From a virus, in IMG/VR virus record IMGVR_UViG_3300037068_000153, positions 13,173-77,172 of that record: a stretch of DNA of 64,000 nt; one strand, 5' to 3'. The position numbers were made by a program, and so were the translations under genes. Positions 60,144 to 64,000 of this stretch are shown piece after piece. Each line of letters starts with the position of its first letter. Position 1 is the stretch's first letter. The notes under the pieces are model-generated. The model had not been told where the DNA came from, did not search any database, and saw nothing but the letters and a program-made list of their open reading frames with translations.

Positions 60144-62645
60144 TCAGACTGAGGCAGATTTAACGGGCTGGACGAGCCATAAAATGATCTTGTCGTGCCC
60201 AAGAAATCGGGCGCGCGAGATCTGGCGTCCACCTACAGGTCGGTCTCGTAGCTTCTTGAGCAGATGGCCCACTTGGCGACCTGTAGGTGCCGCGCCCGGT
60301 CGAACGAAAGCGAGGGCTGCGACCGCCTCCTTCAGGGCGTCATTGCGGTCGTCAGGCATGAAGGTGGCGCATGCGGCTGCGACCTGGGCGGATGTGAACC
60401 CTTCGGGCGAGTCCTTCTGCACGCGCTCGAGCCCCGTCATGAGCTGGGCGATGTGAGAGGGTTCTTCGTCGACCTCGTCGGAGAGCTGGCGTCGGCCGTC
60501 GGCGGGGTCGGGCAGGCCGAGCCACACGATGGGGGCGCGCACTTCGCGGGACCACGACTCGAACGACCCCCAGCTCTCCATCTGCACCGGCGGGCTGCCG
60601 GCGACGACGTAGGCGCGCAAGATCGTGAGCAGATCCCGAACGAGCTCGGCCCTGTGCGCCAGGATGTGCGGCTTGCCGTCGCGCTCGCCGCTCAGGTCGT
60701 ACTTGAACTTGGACGAGTCGCGGAGCCATGGCTGCTCGTCGGCGGACTGGAGGCGAATGTACAACACGCGCCGCACGAGGTCGTCGCGCAAGGGGATGTT
60801 GTTGCCCGTGGCGAACACGGTCATGCGCACCACCTTGTCGACGCGCTTGTTCGTGCCCAACAAGCGATCTGACCACCGCCCGTCATTGGTGAGCGCGGCG
60901 TCGAGCGCGGCGCCACCGACGGCACCGGTGAGGTTGTCGAAGCAGGTGACGGTGTCGCCCGCCATCACCGCCGAGGAGAACTGCTTTCTGAACTCGTCGG
61001 GGTCCTTCGCCTCTGGCGTCTTGCTCGCCTTGTGGCCGAGCGCGATCTGGCACGCCATGTCGACGAGGTTCGTCTTGCCCGAGGCACGCACGTTGCCGTC
61101 GATGAGGAACATTGGTATCGGCCCGCGGATGCGGGTACGACAGAACTGCGTCAGGCACGCCGCTAGCCACGCGGATAGGTAGGCGCGCTCGACCAACGGG
61201 AAGTCGCATAGGAGGTCCAGCACGCGCTCGGCCGCCGCGCGCGCATCCTCGCGCGTCGGGCGCTCGGGCAGGGGCAGCGGCGCGAATGATGGCGCATAGT
61301 AGACGCCGCTCGAACGGTCATAGCCGGGCTCGACCACTTCGCCATCGAGGTTGAGCACCGGCGCGTCGGTGAAGTCGGTGATGGGCGGCACGCCGGGCCA
61401 GTGCACGCGGTCGTAGATCTGGTCGACGAGCCACGTCGGCGGGTTGGCGCCGACCCAATCCTTGGCGCGAGCGTCGTACTTTTCGAGCTCGCAGCATCTG
61501 GAGATGAGCCCACGGACGATCGAGCGCGCCAGCGGCACCAAGCGCTTCTTTTCGCCCGGGAGCTCGCCGGGCATCACGGCGACGAGCTGGTCGTACCTAG
61601 CGTATACGCCGTTGCGCGCGGCCATGCACTCGAGCACCTCGTCGGCGACGTCGGCTTCCTTGTGCGTCAGGCGCACGATGCGCAGCCGGTCCGGGTTGGC
61701 GGACTGCACTGCGGCCGTGTCCGGTGCCGCCGCGGGCGCCTCGTCGAGCGCGCGCTGGATCCTGTACTCGTGCAAGAGGTACCCGACCGGGCGCCCGTCG
61801 AGGCCCTCGTCGTCCTTGCCCTGGTCGATCTTGTGCTCGATCTGCGCCTCGTCCTCCCATGGGGGCTCGCAGCGCGACCAGTAGGACGCCAAGATCTCAC
61901 GCGTCGCCTCGTCGTCGGGCAGACCGAGGCCGCGGAACACGTCGCGGCACAGGTGCAGCATCGCCACGCCGCCGCCCTTGCCCTCGACGCCCGGTCGCCG
62001 ACGGTCCACCATCTTCTTGGCGAATTCGCGCACCGACGGCAGCAGTGGGCCATGGTCCACCGGGCTCCAGGGGCGCGCGTCCTCGCGCGGGCGCCTCGAC
62101 TTGGCAATGGCGGCCGTGACCAGCCACGCGGGCGCGTCTGAGGGGTCCGCGTCGACGAGCACGGCGTAGCGCTCGCCCGATAGATGGAGCGAGCCCGGGC
62201 CGACGATGAATCCGCCCTCGCCGCGGATGTCGATGCCAGAGGCGATGCGCGAGCCCGAGTTGCGGACGCCGGCGACGTGGCGAAAGATGGCGTGGATGCC
62301 GCCCGAGCCCGTGCGCACGGCCGCCGTCTCGGGTAGGGGGCCATGCTCGCGCTCGAGCGCCGCCAGCGACTCCATGCCGCCATTCTTAGGGTCGACGTCG
62401 AGGACCATGATCCCCGAGGCCGCGCCCGTGGCGATACCGAAGTTGATGCCAGGCGCCCGCGCGAACCACGACCGCACCTCAGCCTCGTCGGCGACGATGG
62501 TCTGCCATCGATTGAAGAGCGGGTGCTTGCCCTGGGATTTGCATTTCTCGTCGCCGCACGTGCACCGGCCGTCGACGATGCCGTGCACGGGAAATACCCG
62601 CCAGCCAGCCGCCAGGCAGGCCAGCGCCCCCTCGAGCGAGTTCAA
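60144..62645 (-). CDS. bifunctional primase-polymerase fused to P-loop helicase-like domain
   Basis: GWRVFPV, GKHP, NFGIATG, VLDVD, TGSGGIH, IDIRGEGGFIVGPGS; ASGKT, CFDN, ATGNN. TTG start in a TTGA overlap. Confidence 0.88.
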   Translation of the reverse strand: MNSLEGALACLAAGWRVFPVHGIVDGRCTCGDEKCKSQGKHPLFNRWQTIVADEAEVRSWFARAPGINFGIATGAASGIMVLDVDPKNGGMESLAALEREHGPLPETAAVRTGSGGIHAIFRHVAGVRNSGSRIASGIDIRGEGGFIVGPGSLHLSGERYAVLVDADPSDAPAWLVTAAIAKSRRPREDARPWSPVDHGPLLPSVREFAKKMVDRRRPGVEGKGGGVAMLHLCRDVFRGLGLPDDEATREILASYWSRCEPPWEDEAQIEHKIDQGKDDEGLDGRPVGYLLHEYRIQRALDEAPAAAPDTAAVQSANPDRLRIVRLTHKEADVADEVLECMAARNGVYARYDQLVAVMPGELPGEKKRLVPLARSIVRGLISRCCELEKYDARAKDWVGANPPTWLVDQIYDRVHWPGVPPITDFTDAPVLNLDGEVVEPGYDRSSGVYYAPSFAPLPLPERPTREDARAAAERVLDLLCDFPLVERAYLSAWLAACLTQFCRTRIRGPIPMFLIDGNVRASGKTNLVDMACQIALGHKASKTPEAKDPDEFRKQFSSAVMAGDTVTCFDNLTGAVGGAALDAALTNDGRWSDRLLGTNKRVDKVVRMTVFATGNNIPLRDDLVRRVLYIRLQSADEQPWLRDSSKFKYDLSGERDGKPHILAHRAELVRDLLTILRAYVVAGSPPVQMESWGSFESWSREVRAPIVWLGLPDPADGRRQLSDEVDEEPSHIAQLMTGLERVQKDSPEGFTSAQVAAACATFMPDDRNDALKEAVAALAFVRPGAAPTGRQVGHLLKKLRDRPVGGRQISRARFLGHDKIILWLVQPVKSASV

Positions 62646-62860
62646 GCAGACACCCGCGACTCCAGTTGCCCGAGTGCCCGCTCGACTAGCGCCCGGGTCC
62701 CAGCGTGCACGTTCAGCCCGGCCATGGCGCGATAGAGTGTTTCCGGGCGTATGCACGCCACTTCGAGCACGGCTTGCTCACCTAGATCCCGTACGACCCG
62801 CAACAGCCTCCGACGCAGATCGAGCGCCACGGGGGCTTTATTCGGTTTTTCGGTTTTCAT
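62642..62860 (-). CDS. small Cro-like DNA-binding protein
   Basis: ETLYRAMAG HTH-like segment; preceded by TTGACA-N18-CACAAT. Confidence 0.55.
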   Translation of the reverse strand: MKTEKPNKAPVALDLRRRLLRVVRDLGEQAVLEVACIRPETLYRAMAGLNVHAGTRALVERALGQLESRVSA

Positions 62861-62941
62861 AGGAAGGTGACGATTGTGCTACTGTGGCCGCGTGAGTGTC
62901 AAGGTTGCTCGCGGTGTGCACGAGGGACGCACTGCGTTGAA

Positions 62942-62979
62942 AGATTTTAGTTGACGAAGTGAACGGCCAAGCGCAAGGT
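62942..62979 (+). promoter_or_regulatory. conserved phage early promoter
   Basis: AGATTTTAGTTGACG-N17-CAAGGT; spacer nearly identical to the 12596 copy. Confidence 0.7.
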
Positions 62980-63004
62980 AGGCTCACAGCGGAGGGGACC
63001 GAAG

Positions 63005-63195
63005 ATGACGATCGATGAGGCGCGATGCGAAGCGCAGCGGCGCTGGGGTGTGCCGGGCTCGGTCAAGATGGACGACGGGCAGTGCGTCGTCGGCACCATC
63101 GGCGGCGACATGATGGCCAACGGCACCTTCGGCTACGGTCGCGGGTGGACGTGGGAGGAGGCGTTCGCCGACGCTGACCGCCGTGCGGGTGCCAA

Positions 63196-63199
<4 letters not shown>
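63005..63199 (+). CDS. hypothetical protein
   Basis: GGAGG SD. Confidence 0.6.

Positions 63200-64000
<801 letters not shown>

Overview
This window is most of the genome of a very GC-rich tailed phage with a contractile tail (myovirus). Both ends fall inside open reading frames. I see no host genes, integrase or CRISPR array. Layout: (1) 1-5250 (+): tRNA-Tyr, dUTPase, a SLOG protein, a family A DNA polymerase with unusual motifs, a RuvC-like resolvase and a DUF3310-like protein. (2) 5247-7881 (-): a double-HTH regulator and a lysis cassette with an M15 endolysin. (3) 7992-13477 (+): small early genes. (4) 13474-30505 (-): a roughly 17 kb glycan-building locus. It encodes UDP-glucose dehydrogenase, UDP-glucuronate decarboxylase, an NDP-sugar epimerase, GT2/TPR/GT4 glycosyltransferases, two SAM methyltransferases and a B12 radical SAM enzyme, interleaved with two Thr-rich collagen-like fibre genes. 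(5) 30518-59704 (mostly -): tail fibres, baseplate, tape measure, tube, sheath, neck, capsid, portal and terminase. (6) 59705-64000: a candidate iteron origin, a primase-polymerase/helicase and a divergent early unit. The best candidate for a new system is a self-contained virion O-glycosylation and glycan-methylation pathway acting on G-x-T collagen fibres. It may also act on other virion proteins carrying the same G-x-(T/S)-G motif, and it may be co-regulated with head and tail genes through a GTGTCAC operator. All family assignments come from reading motifs and synteny by eye; no searches were run.
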